A stretch of 60,940 bases of DNA, filler included. It is 8 parts of 8 records of this genome, joined end to end, with 100 filler letters (N's around TTAATTAATTAA, not from the genome) between each part and the next. Parts side by side here need not be neighbours in the genome. Positions count along the whole stretch, not along the records: positions 16,033 to 21,530 come from SRR31147125_81802; positions 21,631 to 27,529 come from SRR31147125_81958; positions 27,630 to 38,784 come from SRR31147125_81982; 5 more parts are not named here. One strand, written 5' to 3'. Made by a program: the position numbers and the translations under genes. Position 1 is the first letter of the stretch. Each line of letters begins with the position of its first letter. Below the pieces are notes generated by a model that saw only the letters and a program-made list of their open reading frames with translations, ran no database searches and was not told the origin of the DNA. This document shows, in pieces, positions 20,524 through 29,613 of the stretch.

Positions 20524-21354
20524 ATGATTATCATAGCTGAAAAGCTGAACGGCTCAATTCCGTCTTGTGCAAAAGCCATCGCCGCCCGCGACGATGCCTA
20601 TATCACGGATTTTGCCAAAAAGCAGGCCGATGTTATTGAGAGTGTCGAGGATGGCGGTTTCATTGATGTATGCTCTTCCGTTAAAGAGGGCGAATTTGAA
20701 GCCATGCAATGGATGCTCGACCTCGTGAAGAAGGCAACCGACTGCCCGATTTCCGTTGACAGCCCTGACGTTAATGTCTGCATCCAGGGCATGCAGTACC
20801 TGGAAGAAAAATACGGCGATAAAAAGGGTCTTTTTAACTCCGTATCCGGTGAGGGTAATAAATTCGACGTCGCGTTCCCGATTCTTGCTAAAAACAATTG
20901 GGATGTTATGATTTTGCTGTGCGACGATACGGGTATCCCCAAGACGGCTGCAAAGCGCATCGAGGTCTTTGACGCTGCGATGGCAAAAGCCAAGGAATAC
21001 GGCATCGAAGACAGCCGCATCCACATCGATCCCCTGATCGAAATGCTTTGCACCTCGGAAGACGGCATTGCAATGGTCGTCGAAGTTATGTCTTATATTA
21101 AGAAGAACTATCCGAAGGTTCATATCTCCGGCGCTGTTTCTAACATTTCCTTTAACCTGCCGGTCCGTAAGATCGTCAACATCGCCTTCACAGTTCTGGC
21201 GATGAACGCCGGCATGGACAGCGGCGTGCTCGATCCTCTCAACCAGGACATGATGGGCGTCATCTTTGCAACAGAGTCTCTTCTCGGAAATGACGAGATG
21301 TGCATGGAATACATTACGGCATACAGAGCCGGTGTATTCGGACAAAAAAAATAG
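20524..21354 (+). CDS. Methyltetrahydrofolate:corrinoid methyltransferase (pterin-binding, AcsE/MtvA-like)
   Basis: IIIAEKLNGS, ISVDS, NSVSGE, IDPL, SNISF.LP.R. Confidence 0.88.
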   Translation: MIIIAEKLNGSIPSCAKAIAARDDAYITDFAKKQADVIESVEDGGFIDVCSSVKEGEFEAMQWMLDLVKKATDCPISVDSPDVNVCIQGMQYLEEKYGDKKGLFNSVSGEGNKFDVAFPILAKNNWDVMILLCDDTGIPKTAAKRIEVFDAAMAKAKEYGIEDSRIHIDPLIEMLCTSEDGIAMVVEVMSYIKKNYPKVHISGAVSNISFNLPVRKIVNIAFTVLAMNAGMDSGVLDPLNQDMMGVIFATESLLGNDEMCMEYITAYRAGVFGQKK

Positions 21355-21413
21355 TGTATCATTTGGCATAAGTCGCTTATTATATTTCATTTATTTACAG
21401 GAGGTTTTTTGTT

Positions 21414-21530
21414 ATGTCAAAAATCCAGGAAGTCGCAAATGCCGTTGAACTCGGCAAAGTTAAACTCATTGAAGGTCTTGTTCAGGAATCTCTCGACGCG
21501 GGCGATGACCCCAACGAAATTCTCAACACC
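21414..21530 (+). CDS. Corrinoid (B12-binding) protein, N-terminal cap domain, 3'-truncated
   Basis: RBS AGGAGG then MSKIQEVANAVELGKVKLIEGLVQESLDAGDDPNEILN; follows the methyltransferase. Confidence 0.75.
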
Positions 21531-21630
21531 NNNNNNNNNNNNNNNNNNNNNNNNNNNNNNNNNNNNNNNNNNNNTTAATTAATTAANNNNNNNNNNNNNN
21601 NNNNNNNNNNNNNNNNNNNNNNNNNNNNNN
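21531..21630. other. Artificial contig spacer
   Basis: N run + TTAATTAATTAA + N run. Confidence 0.98.
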
Positions 21631-22857
21631 GGGATTTTCGATCAAGGCGTCATATCCGGAACTACTTTCATCACAACTCTTTTAGGTGCAAGATATATAA
21701 GCCCCAATGATTTCGGTGTTTTTGCTCTGTGTTTTTCAGGGTTACTGCTCGCTTTCAATTTCCAGTCTGCTTTAATTACTCAGCCGATGGTTGTGCTGAC
21801 CGCAAGATACGAAGGATCGGAAAAACAAAAATACCTGTTTTCTACCTTTTTTCAACAACTTATGCTTGCAATCATACTTGCTTTAGCTGCCTCACTGATT
21901 GCTTTTTTCTATTCGCTAGGCGATAAATCCACCTCATCAGCCATTACCATTTTAGCAATGGCTGCAACCATTTTTGCATATCAATTACAAGAATTTTTCC
22001 GAAGATTGCTATTTACTGACCTGCAAATGACCAAAACCTTGATTGGAGATGCAATTGGCAGCCTTTCAAGGATCGGCATATTGATGATGCTGGTTTTCAC
22101 TACCGAATTGACCTCTTCTTTGCTCTTTATGGCAATGTTTGCCGGATATCTGATATCGACTTTCGTTCTGGCGATCTTTGGAAAGAATTATTTCGAGTAT
22201 TCACTAAGTGACTTTAAAAAGACGCTGGCAAGAAACTGGGATCAAGGCAGATGGCTTTTAGGAGCTAATCTTACGACATGGATGCTTGCAAATTACTACC
22301 TGTTTGTCGTTGCCCAGATGCTTGGAACTGCTGAAACAGGAGCTTTAAAAGCAGCCCAGACTATCTTGGGACCTCTTAGTATGCTACTTCAGGGAATAGA
22401 AAATTTCTCGCCATCGATGGCTGCTATAAGGCTAAAAGACAAAGGAAATCAATCATTTAAGAACTTCATGCATTGGCTGGCGATACTCATATTGGCTTGC
22501 GGTGGAATCTTCTGCGTACTTGTCGGTATTTTCTCTGAAGAACTTTTAGACATTCTGTATAAAGGTAAATATTCAGGTTTCGGCATTGTGGTAATAATAC
22601 TTGCGATGTCAAACGCTGTCGGCTTGTTCCAGAAAGCCGGATTTATCGGACTTCGTGTGCTTAGAACACCAAAACCCATATTCCAATCGGCTGTTGTGGC
22701 AAGCATTGCCATGCTGGCATTTTCTTACTTTTTTGTAAAATATCTTGGAGTTATGGGTAGCGCGCTAGGAACTTTCATGAATACTTTCATGATGGCTGCA
22801 ATGATTACAATCGCGTTTAGAAAAGCGTTGGAATCAAACAAGCCCGAAAGCACTTGA
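21631..22857 (+). CDS. Wzx-like polysaccharide flippase, 5'-truncated
   Basis: Frame open from the contig edge: FDQGVISGTTF...AR.ISPNDFGVF; ~12 TM segments; sugar-gene context. Confidence 0.8.
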   Translation, partial: GIFDQGVISGTTFITTLLGARYISPNDFGVFALCFSGLLLAFNFQSALITQPMVVLTARYEGSEKQKYLFSTFFQQLMLAIILALAASLIAFFYSLGDKSTSSAITILAMAATIFAYQLQEFFRRLLFTDLQMTKTLIGDAIGSLSRIGILMMLVFTTELTSSLLFMAMFAGYLISTFVLAIFGKNYFEYSLSDFKKTLARNWDQGRWLLGANLTTWMLANYYLFVVAQMLGTAETGALKAAQTILGPLSMLLQGIENFSPSMAAIRLKDKGNQSFKNFMHWLAILILACGGIFCVLVGIFSEELLDILYKGKYSGFGIVVIILAMSNAVGLFQKAGFIGLRVLRTPKPIFQSAVVASIAMLAFSYFFVKYLGVMGSALGTFMNTFMMAAMITIAFRKALESNKPEST

Positions 22858-22873
22858 CAATGTATTTAATATC

Positions 22874-22902
22874 TTGACTTGACCGATTTCGAGTCGTAAT
22901 AT
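22874..22902 (+). promoter_or_regulatory. Candidate sigma70 promoter
   Basis: TTGACT-17 nt-TAATAT upstream of rfbF. Confidence 0.4.
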
Positions 22903-23071
22903 TGCAAAGCTCTAAGAGCTTGTTATAGGGGAATTAACAGACAAAACCTGATTGTTGTTTAAACAACCAAATTTGAAATTTGTTTAACATATCTTTAAGC
23001 CTTTTTGGGGTTTGGATAAACAAATAGATGATTGGGAAGGTATTTTACCAAATATTTGATGAGAGAGTACT

Positions 23072-23863
23072 ATGCAAGTAATCATACTTTGTGGTGGTCA
23101 AGGAACAAGACTAAGAGAAAAAACAGAAACGATTCCAAAGCCGATGGTCGCTGTTGGCAGCAGACCCATCCTTTGGCACATCATGAGCCTTTACTCAAAA
23201 GCAGGACATAAAGACTTTCTTTTGGCACTCGGATACAAAAAAGAAGTCATCAAGGATTACTTCCTGAATTACAGAGCAATGAGCAGCGACGTAACCATAA
23301 CTCTCGGAAAAGAAAAACAAATTGAATATCACAGCGAGGAAAACATCGAAGACTGGAGAGTTACTCTTTCCGATACCGGTGATGATTCAATGACTGGTGC
23401 CAGAGTGGCCAGACTTGAAAAGTATATCACCGGCGACACTTTTATGCTGACTTACGGTGATGGCGTTTGCGATGTAGATATTAGCAAACTGATAGAATTT
23501 CATAATAGTCATGGAAAGATCGGAACTCTGACAGGTGTTCATGTTCCATCGAGATTCGGTAAACTGGATGTCGATAATGATTCAGGAATTATTAAAAAGT
23601 TCACTGAAAAACCACTTGAAAGCGGAACATCCGACTATATCAACGGCGGTTATTTTGTCTTTAAAAAGGAATTTTTCAAGTATCTGAGCAAAGATCCATC
23701 CTGTATCCTTGAAAGAGATCCGCTTGAAAATCTGGCCGCTGATGGCCAATTGGTAACATACAGACATGATGGCTTCTGGCAATGCATGGACACATTCCGC
23801 GACTGGCAGTCGCTTGAAAAACTTTGGAATTCGGGAGAAGCTCCCTGGAAAAAAAGAATGTAA
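23072..23863 (+). CDS. rfbF: Glucose-1-phosphate cytidylyltransferase
   Basis: LCGGQGTRL, PKPMV, DTG..SMTGAR, TYGDG, INGGYF, GFWQCMDT.RD, APWK. Confidence 0.93.
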   Translation: MQVIILCGGQGTRLREKTETIPKPMVAVGSRPILWHIMSLYSKAGHKDFLLALGYKKEVIKDYFLNYRAMSSDVTITLGKEKQIEYHSEENIEDWRVTLSDTGDDSMTGARVARLEKYITGDTFMLTYGDGVCDVDISKLIEFHNSHGKIGTLTGVHVPSRFGKLDVDNDSGIIKKFTEKPLESGTSDYINGGYFVFKKEFFKYLSKDPSCILERDPLENLAADGQLVTYRHDGFWQCMDTFRDWQSLEKLWNSGEAPWKKRM

Positions 23864-23893
23864 ATATAAATAGAGAAACAGAAAGAAAAAACC

Positions 23894-24922
23894 ATGAAAG
23901 TTCTAGTAACAGGAAGTGAAGGCTATATCGGAACAGTTCTGGTTCCAATGCTTCTTGAAAGAGGCTATGACGTAACAGGACTCGACACTTGTTATCTATC
24001 AGAAAGACATTTCGTTCCCGGTATCAGAAAATACAACTTTGTTAAAAAAGACGTAAGAGATATTGAAAAATCCGATTTGGAAGGTTTTGACGCTGTAGTT
24101 CATCTTGCCGCTCTATCAAATGATCCATCAGGCGAACTTCTCCCCGGTATTACAGAGGAAATCAACTACAAGGCATCTGTCAGAACTGCCGAAATCGCTC
24201 GCGAAGTTGGTGTTAAAAAATTCGTATTTTCTTCTTCTTGCAGCATTTATGGTGCTGGACAATCGGAAAAGCTCAATGAAAACAGTAGCTTCAACCCATT
24301 GACAGCATATGCAAAATCAAAAGTATATACAGAAAAAGAATTGAACAATCTGGCATCTGACGGATTTTCGCCTTGTTATTTGCGAAATGGAACAGCTTTC
24401 GGCGTTTCTCCCAGAATGCGTTTTGATATTGTGCTACCGAACCTTACAGCATGGGGTGTAACAACTGGCAAAGTCACCCTGCTCTCAGATGGCTCTGCAT
24501 GGCGTCCACTGGTACATATCAGAGATATCAACCTTGCTGTTATCGCTTGTCTGGAAGCTCCTACAGAGCTAATGCACAATGAAGCTTTCAATGTTGGAAC
24601 AACTGAAGCAAACTACCAGATTCGTGATCTGGCAGAAGAAGTCGCAAAAGTTGTTCCTAATTCAGAAGTAACATTTGCTGAAGGCGTTGAGGCGGACAAA
24701 AGAAATTACAATGTAAGTTTTGAAAAAATACACACTGTACTAAAAGACTACTTCTTCCCAACATGGTCTATGCAGGATGGAATCGATGAATGTTATCATG
24801 CTTGCAGAATCGCTGGCCTGACATACGAACAATTCGATAGCCCAATGTATATCACGCTAAAGATGCTCAAACAACACATGGAAGAAGGACGCTTGGACGA
24901 CAAGTTAAGATGGAGGAAATAA
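23894..24922 (+). CDS. NAD-dependent nucleotide-sugar oxidoreductase/epimerase (extended SDR)
   Basis: TGSEGYIG, HLAALSNDP, SSSCSIYG, YAKSK. Confidence 0.85.
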   Translation: MKVLVTGSEGYIGTVLVPMLLERGYDVTGLDTCYLSERHFVPGIRKYNFVKKDVRDIEKSDLEGFDAVVHLAALSNDPSGELLPGITEEINYKASVRTAEIAREVGVKKFVFSSSCSIYGAGQSEKLNENSSFNPLTAYAKSKVYTEKELNNLASDGFSPCYLRNGTAFGVSPRMRFDIVLPNLTAWGVTTGKVTLLSDGSAWRPLVHIRDINLAVIACLEAPTELMHNEAFNVGTTEANYQIRDLAEEVAKVVPNSEVTFAEGVEADKRNYNVSFEKIHTVLKDYFFPTWSMQDGIDECYHACRIAGLTYEQFDSPMYITLKMLKQHMEEGRLDDKLRWRK

Positions 24923-24923
24923 C

Positions 24924-25394
24924 ATGAGTGAAATTATCAAAACCGCTATTGATGGCGTATTAATAAAACCTTTGAGGAAAATCCCGGATGAGCGTGGAAT
25001 GATTATGCACATGCTCAGATCAGATGAGCCGTTTTTCGAAAAATTCGGCGAAGTATACTTTTCCATCGGTCTACCACAAGCAATCAAAGGCTGGCATCTG
25101 CACACCAAACAAACACAAAATTATGCCGTTTTACAAGGAATGATTAAACTGGTTCTGTTCGATGAGCGTGATGATTCACCAACCAAAGACAAATTAATTG
25201 AAATGTATACCGGTGAAGACAAATACGAACTTATCCGCATTCCTCCCGGTGTTGTCAATGGATACAAAGCATATGGCGACAAACCGGCATTAGTGGCCAA
25301 TTGCGCTGATTTGCCTCACGATCCAACAGAAATGCTGCGCTATGATCCACTTGATTCTCACATCGACTACGATTGGGACATTGTGCATAAATAA
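24924..25394 (+). CDS. RmlC-like (cupin) NDP-4-keto-sugar 3,5-epimerase
   Basis: IDGV...PDERG, KGWHLH, LFDER.DSPT, IPPGV. Confidence 0.85.
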   Translation: MSEIIKTAIDGVLIKPLRKIPDERGMIMHMLRSDEPFFEKFGEVYFSIGLPQAIKGWHLHTKQTQNYAVLQGMIKLVLFDERDDSPTKDKLIEMYTGEDKYELIRIPPGVVNGYKAYGDKPALVANCADLPHDPTEMLRYDPLDSHIDYDWDIVHK

Positions 25395-25433
25395 ATTTGG
25401 TAATTACAAGAACTTGAACACAGGATCGATAAA

Positions 25434-26390
25434 ATGGAACTTAACGGTAGCAAAGTATTGTTGACCGGTGGCACAGGATTTCTCGGTCACCATGTAGTAA
25501 ATGCCCTGCTTGCAAAAGGAGCTAAAGTTGCTCTTATTTTGCAACCTCATGAAAAGACATGGCGAATCGAAGGCATTCGTGACCAATTGGAGCTTCATGA
25601 AGCCTCATTACTTGACCAGGAAGCCACTAAAAAGGCCACAGACGCCGCAAAACCTGATGCTGTTATTCATTTTGCAGGCAATATGGAACGCAGACGCGAT
25701 ACGAGCATTCTTGATGATCTTACCAAACATCATGTAATGGCAACTGTTAACCTCATGCGATCTCTCGATAGCGAAGTTACAAAAATCGCGATCAATACTG
25801 GCACCAGCGAAGAATATGGCGAACAACAAGATCCCTTTAAGGAAGATATGCCTATCGATCCGGTATCACCATACTCTGCAACCAAAGCCGCTGCAACCTC
25901 GATGGTGACATATATCTCAAAGGCTATCGGTATTCCTATCGTTACCATGCGACCATTTATCACATATGGACCGGCACAACTACATGACACACTTATTCCT
26001 TTCATGATTAAAAACATCCTTGCCAAGAAAACAGCAGGTTTAACAGAAGGAACACAGTACAGAGATTTTGTGTATGTAGACGATCTTGTAAGTTGCTATC
26101 TCGCAGCTATCGAGAAATCGGAAAACATCACCAAACCTGAGATTCTTAACATCGGTGCAGGACAAAACAACATGGTTCGCGACGTAATAATAAACATTGC
26201 AGATCATCTTGATGGCCATGATTACATCAAGCTTGGAGCAAGAGAAATGCGTGCGGGCGAAGCTCCATCAATGATAGCCGATATTTCCAAAGCAAAAGAA
26301 TTGATTGGTTGGGAACCTAAAGTTTCCCTTCGCGATGGGCTTAAAAAGACGGTTGATTGGTGGCTTGAGCATAAAGAATTCTGGAACTAA
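25434..26390 (+). CDS. NAD-dependent nucleotide-sugar 4-reductase/epimerase (extended SDR)
   Basis: TGGTGFLG, GTSEEYG, YSATK, RDFVYVDD, GWEPK. Confidence 0.85.
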   Translation: MELNGSKVLLTGGTGFLGHHVVNALLAKGAKVALILQPHEKTWRIEGIRDQLELHEASLLDQEATKKATDAAKPDAVIHFAGNMERRRDTSILDDLTKHHVMATVNLMRSLDSEVTKIAINTGTSEEYGEQQDPFKEDMPIDPVSPYSATKAAATSMVTYISKAIGIPIVTMRPFITYGPAQLHDTLIPFMIKNILAKKTAGLTEGTQYRDFVYVDDLVSCYLAAIEKSENITKPEILNIGAGQNNMVRDVIINIADHLDGHDYIKLGAREMRAGEAPSMIADISKAKELIGWEPKVSLRDGLKKTVDWWLEHKEFWN

Positions 26391-26439
26391 ATTTCATAGG
26401 TCACAATCTTTGAGTCTACTTACAAAAAACAAAAAAGGA

Positions 26440-27084
26440 ATGATTGTTGTTGTAACCGGTTGTGACGGCTCCGGAAAATCCACCATTCTTGATGGAGTAA
26501 AAGAACGATTATCTCAGGATTACAGTTCAATGAGCATTCATCAGGAGCATTTGCGACCGAACCTGCTACCTGCTTTAAATGACCTTATTCATCCTTCACG
26601 ATGGTTCAAACCCAAAAATACCGCTCCTGTAACCGATCCTCATGGTGGAAAAACAGCAGGAACGTTAAGCTCTCTTATCAGACTTGGCTATTACAGCACA
26701 GATTATATAGTCGGTCATTTCCTGAAAGTGGTACCAAAAACGAACAGCTTTACACTGTTTTTCTTTGACCGCTACTTCTATGACTATATCGTAGACCCAA
26801 AACGAGCCTGTATAGGTTTGCCAAGTGAACTGATAGAAAATCTCTTACCGATAATACCTATCCCTGACTTATCTTTTTATCTTGATGCAAAAGCTGAAGT
26901 TTTACTTTCACGCAAACAGGAATTACCGGCACAAGAACTTGAAAGACAGACAAGAGATTACAGAAATCTCATGGGACAATTAAAGAACTCTCATATCATA
27001 GATGCCGAAAAACCCGTTGAAGAAGTTATCGACTCGGTTTATAGTATTATTAGAGATAAAATCGATAGTACTCTGAAAGGTTGA
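26440..27084 (+). CDS. Thymidylate-kinase-like P-loop protein of polysaccharide loci
   Basis: GCDGSGKST, FDRYFYD, PDLSFYLDA, RKQEL; start placed at MIVVV after AAGGA. Confidence 0.75.
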   Translation: MIVVVTGCDGSGKSTILDGVKERLSQDYSSMSIHQEHLRPNLLPALNDLIHPSRWFKPKNTAPVTDPHGGKTAGTLSSLIRLGYYSTDYIVGHFLKVVPKTNSFTLFFFDRYFYDYIVDPKRACIGLPSELIENLLPIIPIPDLSFYLDAKAEVLLSRKQELPAQELERQTRDYRNLMGQLKNSHIIDAEKPVEEVIDSVYSIIRDKIDSTLKG

Positions 27085-27091
27085 TAACCAA

Positions 27092-27529
27092 ATGTTTGGA
27101 AAAGACGCTTCACAGATCTGGCGATTCATAGCATTGCCTAGATCAACCCCAAGCTATTGCTTCCACCTGGATCAATAGCTTCACAGGTAGAATCCTTTAT
27201 CCTCTATTCCCCCGGGTCGAAAAAAGGAAAAGCCCTAAAAAACATCTCCAAACTTACAGCAAAATCAGGCGCATTGAATCTTTTCGCTTTGCTAAAAGCC
27301 GAAAAGCTAAACAAAATCAAAATTCCCGACACTTTATCGACAGTACTTACTAAAAAAACACTGAAAGAATGCTTGAAAAGATGGTCAGCAGCATACGGGA
27401 AAAACCTTGTAATTTCAGGTATTTCCATAGGAACTGCAAGCTCCTACCAAAAGGCTGTAGTGCTTCTTTATTGCCCTGACCTAAAAACCTATGTGATCGC
27501 AAAAATCGGGCAAACAAAAGGAGCAAAAA
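27092..27529 (+). CDS. Hypothetical protein, possibly phosphotransferase (APH-like), 3'-truncated, frameshift near 27145
   Basis: ATG 27092 frame (MFGKDASQIWRFIALPRS) joins ORF 27157 by one added base; GT.S.YQKAV...AKIG. The family call is weak. Confidence 0.45.
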
Positions 27530-27629
27530 NNNNNNNNNNNNNNNNNNNNNNNNNNNNNNNNNNNNNNNNNNNNTTAATTAATTAANNNNNNNNNNNNNNN
27601 NNNNNNNNNNNNNNNNNNNNNNNNNNNNN
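27530..27629. other. Artificial contig spacer
   Basis: N run + TTAATTAATTAA + N run. Confidence 0.98.
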
Positions 27630-27630
27630 A

Positions 27631-28674
27631 AAGGACGGTCGTACCGTGTACGGCAAGTACATTCCCGCAAAAGACGGGACGGATATTCAGATCGGTCTGG
27701 GGAAAAATGTTTCCATTACCGACAACGGCCGCACCGTCATTGCCACCGCCAGCGGCCAGGTCCTTCTCCTGAAGAATAAAGTCACCGTGGAAACCGTTCT
27801 GGTCATCCCCGGGGACGTCAATGCCGCCACGGGAAATGTCAACGGCCTGGGAACGGTCATCATCAAGGGCAACGTGGAGGACGGTTATCAGGTCTCCGCC
27901 CAGGGAAATATCGAAGTCAACGGTTTCGTCGGGAAATCCAACCTCCAGGCGGGAGGGGACATCGTTGTAAAACGGGGTATAAACGGCGGAGAAGGGGAGT
28001 TCGGCAAGATCCAGGCCGGCCTCTCCGTCTGGTCCAGTTTTATCAACAACGCCCATGTGGAAGCAGGGGAGAATGTCGTGGTCAGCGACGGTATCGTCAA
28101 TGCTCATGTGGATGCCAGCCGGAAGATCCTCTGCAAGGGTAAACGGGCCAGAGTCGTGGGCGGAGAACTGAAAGCTTCGGAGGAGATCAACGCCGCGACC
28201 CTGGGTTCCAAGAGCGGCGCCGAAACCATTCTCCGTGTCGGGTACGATCCCAAGGCCAAGGAAGAGATGGATGGCCTGATGAGCCGTCAGGAGGAGCTGG
28301 ACCGGGAACAGAATGAGACGGACCGGAATCTTCAGGGGCTTATGAAGCAGAAACGGCAGAAGAAGCTTCCCGCTGAGAAAGAGAAGCTGTTTCAGGAACT
28401 CCGCAGCCGGCACAATGACCTGGTGGATGAGATGGAAAGGCTCAAAGAAACCCTGGAACAGAAAAAAGAGTATTTGTCTGTTCTGCAGCTTCAGGGTAAA
28501 ATATCCGCATCCACCAATGTCAATACCGGTGTGAAGGTGTTTATCAAGGACGACGAATACGAAGTGACCAATCCGTATGATTATCCTGTGACTTTTATTC
28601 TGCAAGACGGTTTTATTACTACGACGAAGTACGAGGACATTACGGAAGAGGAGCTTCAGAGAAAAGAGTCGTAG
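27631..28674 (+). CDS. FapA/DUF342 family flagellar-associated protein, 5'-truncated
   Basis: G.TV.G..IPA.DG, GDV...TGNV...G.V.I.GNVEDG beta-helix repeats, coiled coil, C-terminal beta segment. Confidence 0.88.
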   Translation, partial: KDGRTVYGKYIPAKDGTDIQIGLGKNVSITDNGRTVIATASGQVLLLKNKVTVETVLVIPGDVNAATGNVNGLGTVIIKGNVEDGYQVSAQGNIEVNGFVGKSNLQAGGDIVVKRGINGGEGEFGKIQAGLSVWSSFINNAHVEAGENVVVSDGIVNAHVDASRKILCKGKRARVVGGELKASEEINAATLGSKSGAETILRVGYDPKAKEEMDGLMSRQEELDREQNETDRNLQGLMKQKRQKKLPAEKEKLFQELRSRHNDLVDEMERLKETLEQKKEYLSVLQLQGKISASTNVNTGVKVFIKDDEYEVTNPYDYPVTFILQDGFITTTKYEDITEEELQRKES

Positions 28675-28737
28675 AAGGGGATGCAGGTGTGCCGGTCTCC
28701 TTTTGCTGACTGAGGGATAACCGCAGAGGAGGAGTCG

Positions 28738-29064
28738 ATGTCCATTAAACCTCTGGACCTGCAAACCATGTTTGTCCGGCTGAACGAGGTCAGCAAAGAG
28801 CAGTCTCAGAATCAGCAGGCCGCGGCCCTGCAGCAGAATCAGGAAGCCCGGAAGCTGGTTGAACGGGAACTGCAGCAGAACAGCTCCGTCAATCCGACCA
28901 AAGAGGACCGGGAAGTCGTCAAAGTGGAAGAGCGGGAACCCGAAAGCGGCCGGAAGGAAGAAGGTGAGAATCCGCCGGCTCCCGGGGAAAAAGAAGAAGA
29001 GAAAAAGAAACAGAAAGTTGTCCAGGATCCCGATATGGGACAGCATATCGATATATCCGGCTGA
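28738..29064 (+). CDS. Conserved hypothetical protein of flagellar loci
   Basis: MSIKPLDLQ...Q-rich...DPDMGQHIDISG; RBS GGAGGAG. Confidence 0.75.
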   Translation: MSIKPLDLQTMFVRLNEVSKEQSQNQQAAALQQNQEARKLVERELQQNSSVNPTKEDREVVKVEEREPESGRKEEGENPPAPGEKEEEKKKQKVVQDPDMGQHIDISG

Positions 29065-29082
29065 ATTTGTTCAAGGAGTACT

Positions 29083-29613
29083 ATGACAGGGATTATTCTC
29101 GGCATCGCCATACTTGTTTTATCCGGAGGATTTCTGTATCTGAAAATCAGGATAGACAAAGCCGTATCGGGCGACCAGTGGCTCGGACGGATTCAGGATG
29201 AAATTGATCAGCTGGTTCTGGAGATGAACCAGACGGCCGAACGGAATGTCGCTCTGCTGGAAGACCGGATTAAAGCCCTGCAGAACCTGCTGGAGGAGGC
29301 GGACAGGAAGCTGCTGCTCCTGCAGAAGGAGAGTGAGAAGACCGATCTGTCCAGACAGGTTTACTCTCATCTGAAGCAGAAGGCCGTTATTCCTCCGGAA
29401 TCCGGGGATGAGGCGATCTCTGTCGTTCAGGCCCCTGCCGCCGTCTCAGCCGGCAGCGGCAAAGCAGACCGGCCTCCCTCCCTGCGGGAACAGGTGATGG
29501 AGCTCTATGGGCAGGGTTTCTCGGCGGAAATCATCTCCCAGAAGCTGAAATCCTCCATTGCCGAGGTGGATCTTATCATTTCCCTGCACACCGGACCGGG
29601 GGGTGAGGGATGA
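29083..29613 (+). CDS. Membrane-anchored coiled-coil protein with C-terminal HTH-like segment
   Basis: N-terminal TM, coiled coil, LY.QG.SAE.IS.KL...AEVDLI. Confidence 0.75.
   Translation: MTGIILGIAILVLSGGFLYLKIRIDKAVSGDQWLGRIQDEIDQLVLEMNQTAERNVALLEDRIKALQNLLEEADRKLLLLQKESEKTDLSRQVYSHLKQKAVIPPESGDEAISVVQAPAAVSAGSGKADRPPSLREQVMELYGQGFSAEIISQKLKSSIAEVDLIISLHTGPGGEG

Noticed and set aside
3620-21530. Apparent B12/folate supercluster with two cobT genes, a cob operon and a corrinoid C1 cluster
   Set aside because: The genes lie on three separate contigs with different sequence style; adjacency comes from concatenation.
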